From positions 11,085 to 75,084 of the forward strand of contig JADZEH010000004.1 in assembly GCA_020850635.1 (NCBI GenBank): a stretch of DNA of 64,000 nucleotides, written 5' to 3'. Positions within the stretch are counted from its first letter, which is position 1. Each line of letters begins with the position of its first letter. Below are positions 1 through 10,029 of the stretch, piece after piece. Source of the stretch: Candidatus Doudnabacteria bacterium. Lineage in GTDB: Bacteria > Patescibacteriota > Doudnabacteria > UBA920. A model generated the notes under the pieces. That model ran no database searches and was not told the origin of the DNA. It saw only the letters and a list, made by a program, of their open reading frames with translations. The translations under genes and the position numbers were made by a program.

Positions 1-562
1 CGTCTGCCTCTTGATTATAAATAGTAGCATCGCTATTAGATAGCGTAAAAAGCAATCCATCACTTCCACCTACGCCAGCGGTAGAATTAGTAAGCACAAA
101 ACTAGTAGTGGTTACATTATCACTGACATGAAGTGTAAACGCTGGATCGGCAACTCCTATTCCTACATCCCCTGCACCCTCAAGAACTATAGAACTATCT
201 GCACCAGTTAACGAAGCTCCAGATTTTATTCTAAATCTATCCCCGGTAGTATCATCAATGCCCATAGTGTACTTATTTGTCCCAGCAACAATTTGAAAGC
301 CAATTTGCGGATTATAATCACCGGCGTTTGTATTTTGGATGGTAAGCTGTGTATGTGCGGCTGCACTTGAACCAATTTCAAAAAGTTGGCTAGGGGTTGT
401 AACTCCAACTCCAACATTACCACCCTGAAGACTCAGCGTTGAATCTGTAGTCACTGATGTTGCGCCAACAGTTAAAGCCGCTGTTGCTATGTGTGGTGTT
501 AATAATAGCAAGGCGATAAGTCCCCAAGAAAAAATCAGATTTTTATTCAAGATATTATTCAT
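1..562 (-). CDS. Partial (3'-truncated by window edge) secreted protein with signal peptide and tail-fibre-type repeats (GNVGVGVTTPSQLFEI / GDVGIGVADPAFTLHV)
   Basis: Reverse complement of 1-562 reads MNNILNKNLIFSWGLIALLLLTPHIATA... with no stop before the window edge. The ATG is revcomp of cat at 560-562. It is absent from the ORF track because it runs off the edge. The repeats match those in the two giant proteins. Confidence 0.6.
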   Translation of the reverse strand, partial: MNNILNKNLIFSWGLIALLLLTPHIATAALTVGATSVTTDSTLSLQGGNVGVGVTTPSQLFEIGSSAAAHTQLTIQNTNAGDYNPQIGFQIVAGTNKYTMGIDDTTGDRFRIKSGASLTGADSSIVLEGAGDVGIGVADPAFTLHVSDNVTTTSFVLTNSTAGVGGSDGLLFTLSNSDATIYNQEAD

Positions 563-607
563 AACTTTGTTTCTACTTAATTAGCATTATAATACCACAT
601 TATACCA

Positions 608-1357
608 CTATTCTACAACTGGAATTTGAGTTTGATACTTTCGAGTCAGTCCCAAATAACTTGCGGTAATATCAACAAAAGTTAAACCAAAACTTGGAAT
701 ACCTTTGTCACCCCCACCGCCATCGTATGTGTAAACTGTGACTGTAATAGCCTCACTACTACCTTCATGGAATAATTGAAGATCATACTGCATTGCGGTA
801 TTTAAACTTAAGTCTTCCCATTCTTCGCCGTTTTCAGTGAGAGGATCGAGGGTAGTAGATTTTAAGGTACGTTCACCAGTCGAAGGATTAATCTCATACA
901 AATCAATACGCAAAGGTTCAGCTGCATTACCAGCATACTGAACACGAACAGAACCATAACCACCAGCACCGTAAGGGTCTGCGGAATCAATCAAGTTATA
1001 CTGCCTTGCCGTTCCAGGATCAATTACATCTATAAGCGGCATCGGATAGGTTTGGGTATCCGTAGCCTCAACAAAAACTCCGTTAATTTCATCCCCTCCT
1101 AACAAATAACCATAAGTAACGTTGCGAGAGTATCGAAACAAAGCTTCTTCCGTAACAGCATATGACGCATACAAAGCTCGTTCGGAACGAACAATGTCTG
1201 ACGACGAACGAATTTCTGTTAAAACAATTGTGGCCAAACTAAAACTAATGGCTGTAATTGAGGCCAACACTAAAATCGCCATCAACAAACTGACGCCAGC
1301 TTGATTGTCCTGTTCTTGTTGTTTACTCTGGATTAACATTATTGTCTTGAATATCAT
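608..1357 (-). CDS. PilX-like minor pilin/pseudopilin (N-terminal hydrophobic pilin-like helix AGVSLLMAILVLASITAIS)
   Basis: N-terminal pilin-like transmembrane segment and last position in a run of prepilin genes. The true start may be an internal Met (MLIQSK...). Confidence 0.5.
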   Translation of the reverse strand: MIFKTIMLIQSKQQEQDNQAGVSLLMAILVLASITAISFSLATIVLTEIRSSSDIVRSERALYASYAVTEEALFRYSRNVTYGYLLGGDEINGVFVEATDTQTYPMPLIDVIDPGTARQYNLIDSADPYGAGGYGSVRVQYAGNAAEPLRIDLYEINPSTGERTLKSTTLDPLTENGEEWEDLSLNTAMQYDLQLFHEGSSEAITVTVYTYDGGGGDKGIPSFGLTFVDITASYLGLTRKYQTQIPVVE

Positions 1358-1934
1358 ATTGATCAGTAGAGATTGTCGTTTGGTATGGAATAATACGTTC
1401 TTCTCCTGTCGGTAAAGTTACCTTAAATCGTATAACCATAGATACATGAGGCTGTATTGCAGGGCACTGACCCGATTCGCAATCGGTTGAAGGATTAACT
1501 GTTGGACGAACATAAAACTGAGCGAGGTCAACTTTAAAATTAGTTGGGTTTAAAGTTTGTACCGGAACCCCGTTTTTGTACAAATATAATAACTGCTCTT
1601 CTGCACCACTCCACACAAAACATTTATTTTCACCGCTAGCATTCACTAATTTTAAAAAGGTAGTATACCCTGTTGGTGAAACGTAATTACCGCTACATTG
1701 GGCAATAGAATCCGAATAGTCGATCTGACCATTGCGAACTTCTTTTACCAAATACTCTGTAAAATTACGCATACCTTGAGTTACCTGCCTCAGCGCTTCA
1801 GTGCGACGGTTGATCTTTAAAGTGTAGTTAAACAGCGAGAGCATTAACGTTAAAACCGTAGCAAAAATCGTCGTGGAAATCACAATTTCCATAAGCGTAA
1901 ACCCAGACTGATTTTTTGCTTTAAATAACCTCAT
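1323..1934 (-). CDS. Prepilin-type minor pilin (class III signal KNQSG|FTLMEIVIST)
   Basis: Canonical G|FTLxE prepilin peptidase site with Glu at +5. Confidence 0.65.
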   Translation of the reverse strand: MRLFKAKNQSGFTLMEIVISTTIFATVLTLMLSLFNYTLKINRRTEALRQVTQGMRNFTEYLVKEVRNGQIDYSDSIAQCSGNYVSPTGYTTFLKLVNASGENKCFVWSGAEEQLLYLYKNGVPVQTLNPTNFKVDLAQFYVRPTVNPSTDCESGQCPAIQPHVSMVIRFKVTLPTGEERIIPYQTTISTDQYDIQDNNVNPE

Positions 1935-2644
1935 TAAAAAGTCTTCCAGTTAGTTAAATAAGTTTGGAGTGTCACCAAACAGCGAACATCACCCGAATCA
2001 TTTCGATTAGGAGCTTTAGCACGAACAGGGCATCGACGATCATTCCACCACACCTGAGAGGTCACTATAATTAGTGGATACTCTCCATCAATCTCATCAT
2101 AAGGAAAGGTTGTTGAGTAGTACTCTAAAGTCACTTTGCGAAAGTATTCTGAAGTAGGAGCAACCAGACTAGAACTTGGCTGGTAAAAGCCATTTAGCGC
2201 ATCGGCATCATAATCCAGTGAAAATAAGGTGGCTGATAACGTGGTCGAATCTTCGCCCGATCCTTTTTCAATTAAATTCCAGGGGAGGTCTGCCGTGGCA
2301 TCAAAGTTTAAAGCATAAGACTTAACATCACCAGGCTTAGTTAAACCAAAATCAAAGCCTTTTGATGCATTCAACCACCCTAAATAACAATCCGCGGATT
2401 TTTCTCTTGTTACAAAATCATAACAAGTGGTACTGACTGGATCCTTCAACCAGTTTGTATCACGCATATTTTTTACAACTTCCAAACCTTCACGTGCCAA
2501 ACCAACCGCAACAATCTGTTTAGTAATTCCCGTGGAAGCATTTAAAGAGTACAAAGCCAAACCCAAAGCCGAAACGATGCCCATCACCATGATGAAAATC
2601 GCAACCATTGTCTCTATTAAAGTTTGTCCTTGTTGATTCTTCAT
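1934..2644 (-). CDS. Prepilin-type minor pilin (MKNQQG|QTLIETMVAIFIM)
   Basis: Prepilin leader. The start is re-called at the internal Met (cat at 2642-2644), which makes the leader canonical; the track ORF extends to 2677. Confidence 0.6.
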   Translation of the reverse strand: MKNQQGQTLIETMVAIFIMVMGIVSALGLALYSLNASTGITKQIVAVGLAREGLEVVKNMRDTNWLKDPVSTTCYDFVTREKSADCYLGWLNASKGFDFGLTKPGDVKSYALNFDATADLPWNLIEKGSGEDSTTLSATLFSLDYDADALNGFYQPSSSLVAPTSEYFRKVTLEYYSTTFPYDEIDGEYPLIIVTSQVWWNDRRCPVRAKAPNRNDSGDVRCLVTLQTYLTNWKTF

Positions 2645-2645
2645 G

Positions 2646-3257
2646 TTATGGAACTGAAACGATCCCAGAAACCCCATTAATTATTACGGAACGAGTGGTG
2701 TTTGATTGTGAATCGAGCATTGTAATCGTGACCAGTGAGTTATCTAAATTATCGAGCGCACCCTGATCACGAATGACCGAATTACTGGCACCACTAATAC
2801 TGCAAGTTGTGTCTAAAAACATTTTGTTAAATGGTAAGGAAAAAGCAATTTGAGCGCACCTTGAATCCACTGTTGAGGAACCGAGTGGTTGTTGAGTATC
2901 AACTGCTGTGATTGTAATGCCAGTGGGTAAACTAAAAGTTTCTACTGAGTCAGAGAAATTGTCGTAATCTTGTTGCACCGCTTGCAAAATATACTGCGTG
3001 GGATTTTCTTCATCAAACTTTAAAACATAATACTTCACCGGTCCTTCGGAAGTGTTGCGCGACGACAAAACATAACTTTGAACTTTACGAATATTTGTGA
3101 CCATTTCATTTTGGGCAATCCGTAAATTACGTGGGCCACGTGTCCGAGCATAATTAACTAAAACCGCACCCAAAAACAAGCCCATAATAGCCAGAACTAC
3201 CAAAAGCTCGATAATCGTAAAACCTCGTTGATTTTTGCGTTTTTGTGTTTGTTTCAT
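2646..3257 (-). CDS. Prepilin-type pseudopilin/minor pilin (KNQRG|FTIIELLVVLAIMG)
   Basis: Textbook type IV pilin N-terminus. Confidence 0.7.
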   Translation of the reverse strand: MKQTQKRKNQRGFTIIELLVVLAIMGLFLGAVLVNYARTRGPRNLRIAQNEMVTNIRKVQSYVLSSRNTSEGPVKYYVLKFDEENPTQYILQAVQQDYDNFSDSVETFSLPTGITITAVDTQQPLGSSTVDSRCAQIAFSLPFNKMFLDTTCSISGASNSVIRDQGALDNLDNSLVTITMLDSQSNTTRSVIINGVSGIVSVP

Positions 3258-3308
3258 GCCAATATACTTTATTTAAGTATACTGGGACATTGTTAAAATG
3301 ACAAACTT

Positions 3309-4112
3309 TTAGACCACCCCGACCAGCCCTAGATACCAGGTAAGAAGCTCCCCTCCCCATAATAAACCAGCCACCGCACCAACCGCCAAAAAAGTCCCTA
3401 ATGGCAATTTGCTTTGCATGGTTTTGTTTCCAAACAGTAATAACCCTGTTCCTACTAACCCACCCAATACAAAAGCCAAAAACAACCCCACCCAAATATT
3501 TGGCCAAGCCAAAGCTAACCCTAAAAATATCATAAATTTTACATCACCAAAACCAATCCATTTTCCCTTAGAGATAGACCACAAAGCAAAGAAAAATCCG
3601 AAAGATATTAACCCAGAAACTAGCCCCCCAACGGTGAAGCCTGACAAACTTATGAATGGAACACCACTCATTAAGTCTAAAACAACATTCAATCCCAACA
3701 CCAAAACCGCTGCGGGATAAATGACTTTATCTAAAATTAAAAAATGTTCCAAATCGATGACAAAGACCACAATAAGTACGGCTAAAATTAACCACGTTCT
3801 TAAAATTACAATATAATCCATCGCCGTGACCGGACTCAAAACGTACAAGGCCAGTGCAAAAAACAATCCAGTAAGAAGCTCAATGATGAAATATCTAGGA
3901 GAGATTGGGGAACTGCAACCACGACATTTCCCACGCAAACTAAAATAAGAGACTACAGGGATCAAATCCCAAGCGGTTAGTTGTCGCTTACACGTCACAC
4001 ACTCTGAACGACCACCAATTGAACGCCCCTGAGGTAACCGTAAAATCAGGACGTTTAAAAAGCTCCCAATAATAATTCCATATGTAAATGCAATAGCAAG
4101 CGCTAAATTCAT
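3309..4112 (-). CDS. pilD: Prepilin peptidase (A24 family) PilD
   Basis: Multi-TM protein with CxxC...CxxC zinc motif (CVTCKRQL...CRGCSSPI) and conserved peptidase-domain helices, immediately upstream of prepilin genes. Confidence 0.85.
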   Translation of the reverse strand: MNLALAIAFTYGIIIGSFLNVLILRLPQGRSIGGRSECVTCKRQLTAWDLIPVVSYFSLRGKCRGCSSPISPRYFIIELLTGLFFALALYVLSPVTAMDYIVILRTWLILAVLIVVFVIDLEHFLILDKVIYPAAVLVLGLNVVLDLMSGVPFISLSGFTVGGLVSGLISFGFFFALWSISKGKWIGFGDVKFMIFLGLALAWPNIWVGLFLAFVLGGLVGTGLLLFGNKTMQSKLPLGTFLAVGAVAGLLWGGELLTWYLGLVGVV

Positions 4113-4113
4113 T

Positions 4114-5424
4114 TTATCTCCCTGATCCTGTTAAAACTGAACTTATGGTTTTAAGAATAACTTCGATATCAAACAACACTGAACGATGTTTAATATAGTA
4201 TAAGTCATATTGTAACTTACGTCGGGTTTCCTCAACTGTTCCGGCGTATACATGAAGTTGAGCCCAACCAGTGAGTCCTGGTTTGACGGCATGTCGTTCA
4301 TCGTAAAATGGAATTTGTTTTCGTAGTTCCTCAACAATAGCAACGATTTCAGGTCGAGGCCCAACCAGGCTCATGTCCCCTTTCAAAATCATTAATGACT
4401 GAGGAAGTTCATCCAGCCGGGTTTTTCTTAAAAATTTTCCAACAACGCCCGTTATGCGTTGATCATTTTCAGGAGACCACTCATCTTTAGAATCTACTCT
4501 CATCGTTCGATACTTATAAAGCGTAAATGGCTGACCATCTTTACCAATTCGTTTTTGAGAGAAAAATAATGGCCCAGGTGAGCTTAGTTTGATTAAAATC
4601 GCCACCACTGGAAAAGTCACAATCAAAGCCAGGGTTCCCACTAAACCACAAAGAATATCAATTACTCGTTTTACTAATTTGTAAAAATGCTTCTCGGTAT
4701 AATGAACATTCTGCAAAAACCATAGCTCATTTAAAGTCGGTAAGTATATACTTCTCAACAACTCTTCGTGAAATTGCTTGTGATCCAACAAGCGAATTCC
4801 TTGAGTACGTAATTCGTATAGAGCTTGCCACATATCAGGTCGAGTATAGATCTGATCCGGGATAATCACGACGCTGTTAAGCCTAATCTCCTGGGAATGA
4901 ATTGAAGTTTCGGAAATAAAGTCGACAAAATGAAATCCTAAATACCGATTATTTTCAATGGTATATCGTAAATCAATTAGTTCGTTATCTACGGTTAAAA
5001 TGTAAACCGGAGTAACAAAAGAATTCCTAAATAACAAACGAAGAGTGAGAGCCCATAGTAGTAATAAGACACTCGTAATTAAGATGTGGAGCAACAAAAA
5101 ACGACGCGGGGTAAGAATTAAACCTGGTTGAGCATAAAAATACACAATCGCAATAATACCATTAGCCACCATACTAAACAGTAAAGCCTTGAACAATACC
5201 GACAAGCGACTAAAAGTCTGTTGTTCAAAAAAGCGAAACACAAAAAAACTTACCAACCACAAGACGTAAATAATACTAAACGAGATCAAGTGAGCATTAA
5301 CGCTCTCCTGAGGAAGACCTTGTGGGTACCTAAACAAAATTGTCAGCCACAAGCTCACATAAAGCAAACCAATCGTTGGGACGATAATTAACCAAAATTT
5401 AAGGGCAGAACTAGACAGAGTCAT
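4114..5424 (-). CDS. Polyprenyl-phosphate sugar phosphotransferase (WbaP/WcaJ bacterial sugar transferase family)
   Basis: C-terminal catalytic block VKRVIDILCGLVGTLAL...PGPLFFSQKRIGKDGQPFTLYKYRTM...DELPQ...GDMSLVGPRP with N-terminal TM helices. Confidence 0.85.
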   Translation of the reverse strand: MTLSSSALKFWLIIVPTIGLLYVSLWLTILFRYPQGLPQESVNAHLISFSIIYVLWLVSFFVFRFFEQQTFSRLSVLFKALLFSMVANGIIAIVYFYAQPGLILTPRRFLLLHILITSVLLLLWALTLRLLFRNSFVTPVYILTVDNELIDLRYTIENNRYLGFHFVDFISETSIHSQEIRLNSVVIIPDQIYTRPDMWQALYELRTQGIRLLDHKQFHEELLRSIYLPTLNELWFLQNVHYTEKHFYKLVKRVIDILCGLVGTLALIVTFPVVAILIKLSSPGPLFFSQKRIGKDGQPFTLYKYRTMRVDSKDEWSPENDQRITGVVGKFLRKTRLDELPQSLMILKGDMSLVGPRPEIVAIVEELRKQIPFYDERHAVKPGLTGWAQLHVYAGTVEETRRKLQYDLYYIKHRSVLFDIEVILKTISSVLTGSGR

Positions 5425-5436
5425 AGAGTCTCAGTG

Positions 5437-6150
5437 CTAATGCTTAATAAACTCATAATACATGGATTTTGGAAAAAAGCGATCTCCTATAAGGTTTATA
5501 AGAAATCCGAGCGGAATCAGTACTATCCACGCAGGAAATAGCCATAACCAAGTACTAAACACGAATTCTGGCTTAGTGTAAGTCTGAAGAGCAAAAAGGA
5601 TCGTCCCAAGACGCGAATCACTCCACCGCCCTATTCCTAACTGCGTAGAAGAAGGGTTAACTCGTTTAAATAAATAATAGAGCAATAAGTGATCGATGAA
5701 CCCTTTGCGCTTATATTTAGCTAACAATAATCCTCTCTCGGAAAATAGCTTTTCCATCTCCCCCACTTTAAATATTCTCACATGATGCATCTCTTCAAAA
5801 TAGCTAGGGCGAATTTTTAACAACCACTGTTCGGATTTTTCTGCTGGAACGTTTACCACCAACACACCGTTCGGTTTTAATACACGCACAATCTCATCAA
5901 CAGACTTAATTAAATCATCGACGTGTTCTAACACGTCAATAGCGTATATCCGATCAAAGACTTTATCAGAAAAATCTAAGGACTCAAGACTCATCACGCT
6001 AAATTCTACCGTAGGATGAAGTCGCTTTGCGGTTTCAATTATTTCCGAACTGACATCAATCCCAACGACTTTAGCTTTCCACCTCTTTTGTAAGACTTCA
6101 GCATTACGACCTTTTCCGCAGCCAACCTCTAAAATCTGAAAATCACTCAT
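5437..6150 (-). CDS. Class I SAM-dependent methyltransferase
   Basis: Motif I ILEVGCGKGRN and post-I VIDVLEHV. The start is re-called at MSDFQILEV (cat at 6148-6150), which gives an ATGA overlap with the upstream GT2 stop; the track ORF runs to 6216. Confidence 0.75.
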   Translation of the reverse strand: MSDFQILEVGCGKGRNAEVLQKRWKAKVVGIDVSSEIIETAKRLHPTVEFSVMSLESLDFSDKVFDRIYAIDVLEHVDDLIKSVDEIVRVLKPNGVLVVNVPAEKSEQWLLKIRPSYFEEMHHVRIFKVGEMEKLFSERGLLLAKYKRKGFIDHLLLYYLFKRVNPSSTQLGIGRWSDSRLGTILFALQTYTKPEFVFSTWLWLFPAWIVLIPLGFLINLIGDRFFPKSMYYEFIKH

Positions 6151-7001
6151 ACTAACCTCCGTAAAGAATTTTGGGCCATGCGTATTACAGCAAGCACCAT
6201 CAATCCAATAAACCACAAGGGCTTAAAGACCTGGAACCACATCGAACGAGAATGCTTCGACATATAACGAAAAAAACCCTTGTGAGAATGGTAAATCATT
6301 TTCGCTTTCACTTGTTTTATCGCCTGGCCATAGTAGTGAATAATCTGAGCTTCTGGAACAAACCAAATTTGCCAGCCGGCTTGCTTCACTCGAAAACACA
6401 AATCGACTTCTTCAAAAAGCATAAAAAATCGTTCATCAAACACACCGACTTTATCAAAAACTTCTTTACGAATTAACAAACACGCGCCTTCTGGTTGATC
6501 GACTTCTTTTGTTGAGCGATGGTCAAAGTCACGCATTAAATAATCACTTTTGTTGCCAGCTTTTAAACCGAGTAAGCCATAGATCATGCCTCTAATCGAG
6601 GGGAAGCGCCGACATGATAACTGAACAGTGCCATCAGCATTTAATAACTGTGGTGAGACAATCCCCGCTTGCGGGTGCTGCTGGGCAAAAGCAACCAAAA
6701 TTTTAATTGCTCCTAGTAAAACTTTAGTATCTGGATTTAACAACAAATAATAATCACTTTTTACCGTGGTTAACACTTGATTGTTAGCCGCGCCAAATCC
6801 TTTGTTTTCTTTATTCGCAAGAAGAGTCACGCTGGGAAACTCTGTCCTGACCATCTCTGCAGAGCCATCTATTGAAGCATTGTCGACGACAAAAACAGTG
6901 GTCAGTAATTCAACTTGATTTAACTCGGCAAACAAGCTCGACAAACATTGACGAAGTAAATCTTTAGTATTCCAGCTAACAATTACAACAGAAAGAGTCA
7001 T
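6147..7001 (-). CDS. Family 2 glycosyltransferase
   Basis: N-terminal LSVVIVSWNTKDLLRQCL...VVDNASIDGS typical of GT2 (GT-A fold, DxD-type). Confidence 0.8.
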   Translation of the reverse strand: MTLSVVIVSWNTKDLLRQCLSSLFAELNQVELLTTVFVVDNASIDGSAEMVRTEFPSVTLLANKENKGFGAANNQVLTTVKSDYYLLLNPDTKVLLGAIKILVAFAQQHPQAGIVSPQLLNADGTVQLSCRRFPSIRGMIYGLLGLKAGNKSDYLMRDFDHRSTKEVDQPEGACLLIRKEVFDKVGVFDERFFMLFEEVDLCFRVKQAGWQIWFVPEAQIIHYYGQAIKQVKAKMIYHSHKGFFRYMSKHSRSMWFQVFKPLWFIGLMVLAVIRMAQNSLRRLV

Positions 7002-7004
7002 AAA

Positions 7005-9017
7005 TTATAATGCGATTGGTGGAAAAACTACAGGAAAATAAATCTCTTTAACCGATTCCGCTTCTTTAACTGACTGTAAGAATCTTTTAAATACGATTGT
7101 GTCCGTATTAAGAGCGTACGCTTTTTCTAATGCAAATAGCATTTTTGGTTTATCATTCTCTCCCTGATAGTACTTGGCGAGCAAGATCCAACTATAAAAA
7201 TCATTAGGGTTGAGAATCAAGGCTTGCCTTAAATGGGTCAACATTTTTTCATAATCTTCTAAACGAAAATACGAGTAAGCAAAAGTTCCTTCTGTTAAGG
7301 CGTGACGTGGCTCCATGGCCAAAGTCTGCTCGATGGCGTTAATAATTTCCGCTTTGTCTTGATCATCGTGCGTTTTGTCATAAAGCATGAAGTACAAAAC
7401 AGTTTGACGACGTTGTAAATCTGCCGACATTGGATTAATCCGCTCAGTCTTCCGAATAAGCTCACGAGTCTGTTCAAAATCCAAATCCAATCGTACGCGG
7501 GCAGCAACTTCATACTGGCGGGGTACAGTCATCACCGGATTTAAATATCGCGTCCACCGCGCAAAACGAATTGTCCGCTCATATTGCTTATTATTATATG
7601 ACCTCACAACTTGATATGTAAAAGCGTCTGCCGCCACAAAGCAAAGACTGTAAACAAGAAGTCCGCCAGCAAACACGACTCCCGCAAACTTGGCCCACTT
7701 AAAAAGCATTTTCTCCTGCGGTTGGAAAGACATAACAATAAGTGCACCCAAACAAAAGGCCATCAAATACCATACACCAATAGTCACTGGATTAAAACTT
7801 CCCCCAGCTAAAGCAGCAACTAATGCTGAAATTAAACCCACAACTATGGGATCACGACTTCCGCGAAGCGCACGCCAACCTAAAAATATAACAGAGCAAA
7901 TAATTACTATGAAAGTCGCCAAGGCCGGCAACCCCACCGAGCCACCTATATGCAAAAATATGTTATGTGGATCATCAAACCGTTCGTTTAAAGCTAAAGA
8001 CTGGTCTCCTAACAACCTAAAACCAGTCAAGAAATTACCTGGGCCCGTACCAACCAACGGCCTGTTAGCGATAATTTCAAGCGCATCGTTCCAGGCTAAT
8101 AAACGAAACGAAGAGGTTTGGTCCGTTAAAGATATAACTTCTTTTGCAGCATCAGGGCGATTTAACAAATAAAATGTATAGAAAAATCCGACTGAAAACA
8201 TTAACGTTACAATCAAGCCTACAAACAACCACCTCTTGTTCTTTAGATACAACGAGAAAAATCCAAAACTTCCCAACCCAGCCAACAGGCCAACTATTGC
8301 CCCTCGACTACTAAAACCCATTAAAGCCCATAAAATCAAAACTAAACTTACTCCATAAACGTATCGAACCTGCCTTGATTTTGCCAAGATTAAACAAGTT
8401 GCCGTAATTGGGGCAATACCCGCCAAAAACATACTTGAAAAATTGGGGTTTCCTAAAAAACTTGGTGCAAGTGAACGTACTGTACGATCAAGCCCACTAT
8501 AAAAGCCGAAGCCCTGCTGTTGAATAATTCCATACACAGCCACAGCCACACCAACCACAGATAAAGCTTTGAGTAAAAGGATAATCTTTTCTCGATCCAG
8601 TGACATTGTTAACACGACTATCCAGCCAACCCACAACAAACTAAATAACAAGGAACTTGTAAACCGACCGTACCAACCTACCAAACTTATCACTGGGCTA
8701 TACGAAAAAATTGTTGAAACAAGAGTAAAAACTAAGTACAAGACTAATAATACTGTAATAAATTTAGGTAATCGCCATTGTGCAGATGATTTCTTAAAAA
8801 GATATACCAAAGCCAAGCCAAAACATAACAGCCACATAAATAATTTAGGCGATTCAGAACCATCGCTTAAATAATTAAACATGGCCAACGGTACAAACAA
8901 GCTTCCAAAAAAAACCACGCTAAATAATGAGTCATTCCGATACGGAAAACGTAGAGACTGAAAGATTTTAGTAAAAAAAGAAAAGCGGTTAGATTCCGCC
9001 TCCGAGGTTTCGTTCAT
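7005..9017 (-). CDS. Wzy_C/O-antigen-ligase-family polytopic membrane protein with C-terminal TPR repeats (candidate O-oligosaccharyltransferase or polymerase)
   Basis: At least 10 TM helices, the ligase-type loop motif DPHNIFLHIGGSVGLPAL, and C-terminal TPR-like repeats. Confidence 0.7.
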   Translation of the reverse strand: MNETSEAESNRFSFFTKIFQSLRFPYRNDSLFSVVFFGSLFVPLAMFNYLSDGSESPKLFMWLLCFGLALVYLFKKSSAQWRLPKFITVLLVLYLVFTLVSTIFSYSPVISLVGWYGRFTSSLLFSLLWVGWIVVLTMSLDREKIILLLKALSVVGVAVAVYGIIQQQGFGFYSGLDRTVRSLAPSFLGNPNFSSMFLAGIAPITATCLILAKSRQVRYVYGVSLVLILWALMGFSSRGAIVGLLAGLGSFGFFSLYLKNKRWLFVGLIVTLMFSVGFFYTFYLLNRPDAAKEVISLTDQTSSFRLLAWNDALEIIANRPLVGTGPGNFLTGFRLLGDQSLALNERFDDPHNIFLHIGGSVGLPALATFIVIICSVIFLGWRALRGSRDPIVVGLISALVAALAGGSFNPVTIGVWYLMAFCLGALIVMSFQPQEKMLFKWAKFAGVVFAGGLLVYSLCFVAADAFTYQVVRSYNNKQYERTIRFARWTRYLNPVMTVPRQYEVAARVRLDLDFEQTRELIRKTERINPMSADLQRRQTVLYFMLYDKTHDDQDKAEIINAIEQTLAMEPRHALTEGTFAYSYFRLEDYEKMLTHLRQALILNPNDFYSWILLAKYYQGENDKPKMLFALEKAYALNTDTIVFKRFLQSVKEAESVKEIYFPVVFPPIAL

Positions 9018-9034
9018 ATCTGTATTGTATTCTT

Positions 9035-9430
9035 TTATTTTGAGACCGTAAACTCGCTATACCCCTTAGGTAGACCTCGATAACCGGACGGCAAACAAAC
9101 ATTTAAACTATACTCATCAAATCGGAAATTTTTATACTCAATACTTTGATTACATAGATCACTACTAAACTGAGTAACTGGCCATGGCTCAAAATAACTA
9201 TCCATTAACTCTTCTGTCTCAAATTCAAGCTCGGTGGGGTATCGATCATAGTCACTTTGAAAAAAACCGATGCCTTGAGCAAGTGCCTCAGTATTTAAAA
9301 CAATCAGTTTGCTCTGTGCTCGAGCATGGCCAGAATTAATTCCTAGCCAAATCACCAAGACTAAAGACAGAACCAAAGCAACCACTAAGCTCGTTTGTAA
9401 GATACGGTATTTATCCATAGATACTAACAA
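9035..9430 (-). CDS. Hypothetical small membrane-anchored protein
   Basis: Single N-terminal TM helix, no recognisable domain. Sits between pilA and the Wzy_C gene. Confidence 0.4.
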   Translation of the reverse strand: MLVSMDKYRILQTSLVVALVLSLVLVIWLGINSGHARAQSKLIVLNTEALAQGIGFFQSDYDRYPTELEFETEELMDSYFEPWPVTQFSSDLCNQSIEYKNFRFDEYSLNVCLPSGYRGLPKGYSEFTVSK

Positions 9431-9476
9431 GGGTTCCGGGGATTAACCACGGAACCCTCGACATAATTAACCATGA

Positions 9477-9908
9477 CTATTGGATTCCACCCTGAGTTAG
9501 GGTATGGACTCCGGCCGGACTGACACCACCAGTTACTGCACCCAAACAGAATGTAAGAGCATAAGTACTTGCATCAGCAGCTGCTGCTGAGTATGTGTAT
9601 GTGTTTTGAGTTGAGGTACAGGTACCATCCTGAGGTCCTGGTGCTACTGGGATTTGACCTAAGTAGTCAGTAGCCAACGATGCTAACGCAGGAGGATATG
9701 AGCTCTTGTCGTTGAAATATAGTTCAACCGCGCTTGCAATTTGGCGAACATCGGCCAAACGCTTTGCGTCACGTGATTTCTGACGAGCTGAGTTAAGCGC
9801 CAACAAAACCACGGATGCAAGCAAACCGATGATAGCGATAACGACCAATAATTCAATAAGTGTAAAACCTTTTTGGTTTGTTTTTCTAAACAATTTTTTC
9901 ACCCCCAA
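9477..9908 (-). CDS. pilA: Major type IV pilin (PilA-like)
   Basis: KTNQKG|FTLIELLVVIAIIGLLA with Glu+5 and a C-terminal Cys...Cys disulfide loop. The track start is TTG; a GTG three codons in is an alternative. Confidence 0.8.
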   Translation of the reverse strand: MGVKKLFRKTNQKGFTLIELLVVIAIIGLLASVVLLALNSARQKSRDAKRLADVRQIASAVELYFNDKSSYPPALASLATDYLGQIPVAPGPQDGTCTSTQNTYTYSAAAADASTYALTFCLGAVTGGVSPAGVHTLTQGGIQ

Positions 9909-10029
9909 TCATAGTGAGAGGTTCTCATGGCAATACAAATTGCCATAAATATTTAAACTGCTATAAGTATACCCGCTAATACTTAATGGGGCAAACTTAG
10001 TTATCAACAAGTACAAAAAGTAAATTTAT

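Noticed and set aside
3154-3507. 117-aa ORF overlapping the pilD 3' end and a pilin gene start
   Set aside because: It is out of frame with two confident genes and has no independent start signal.
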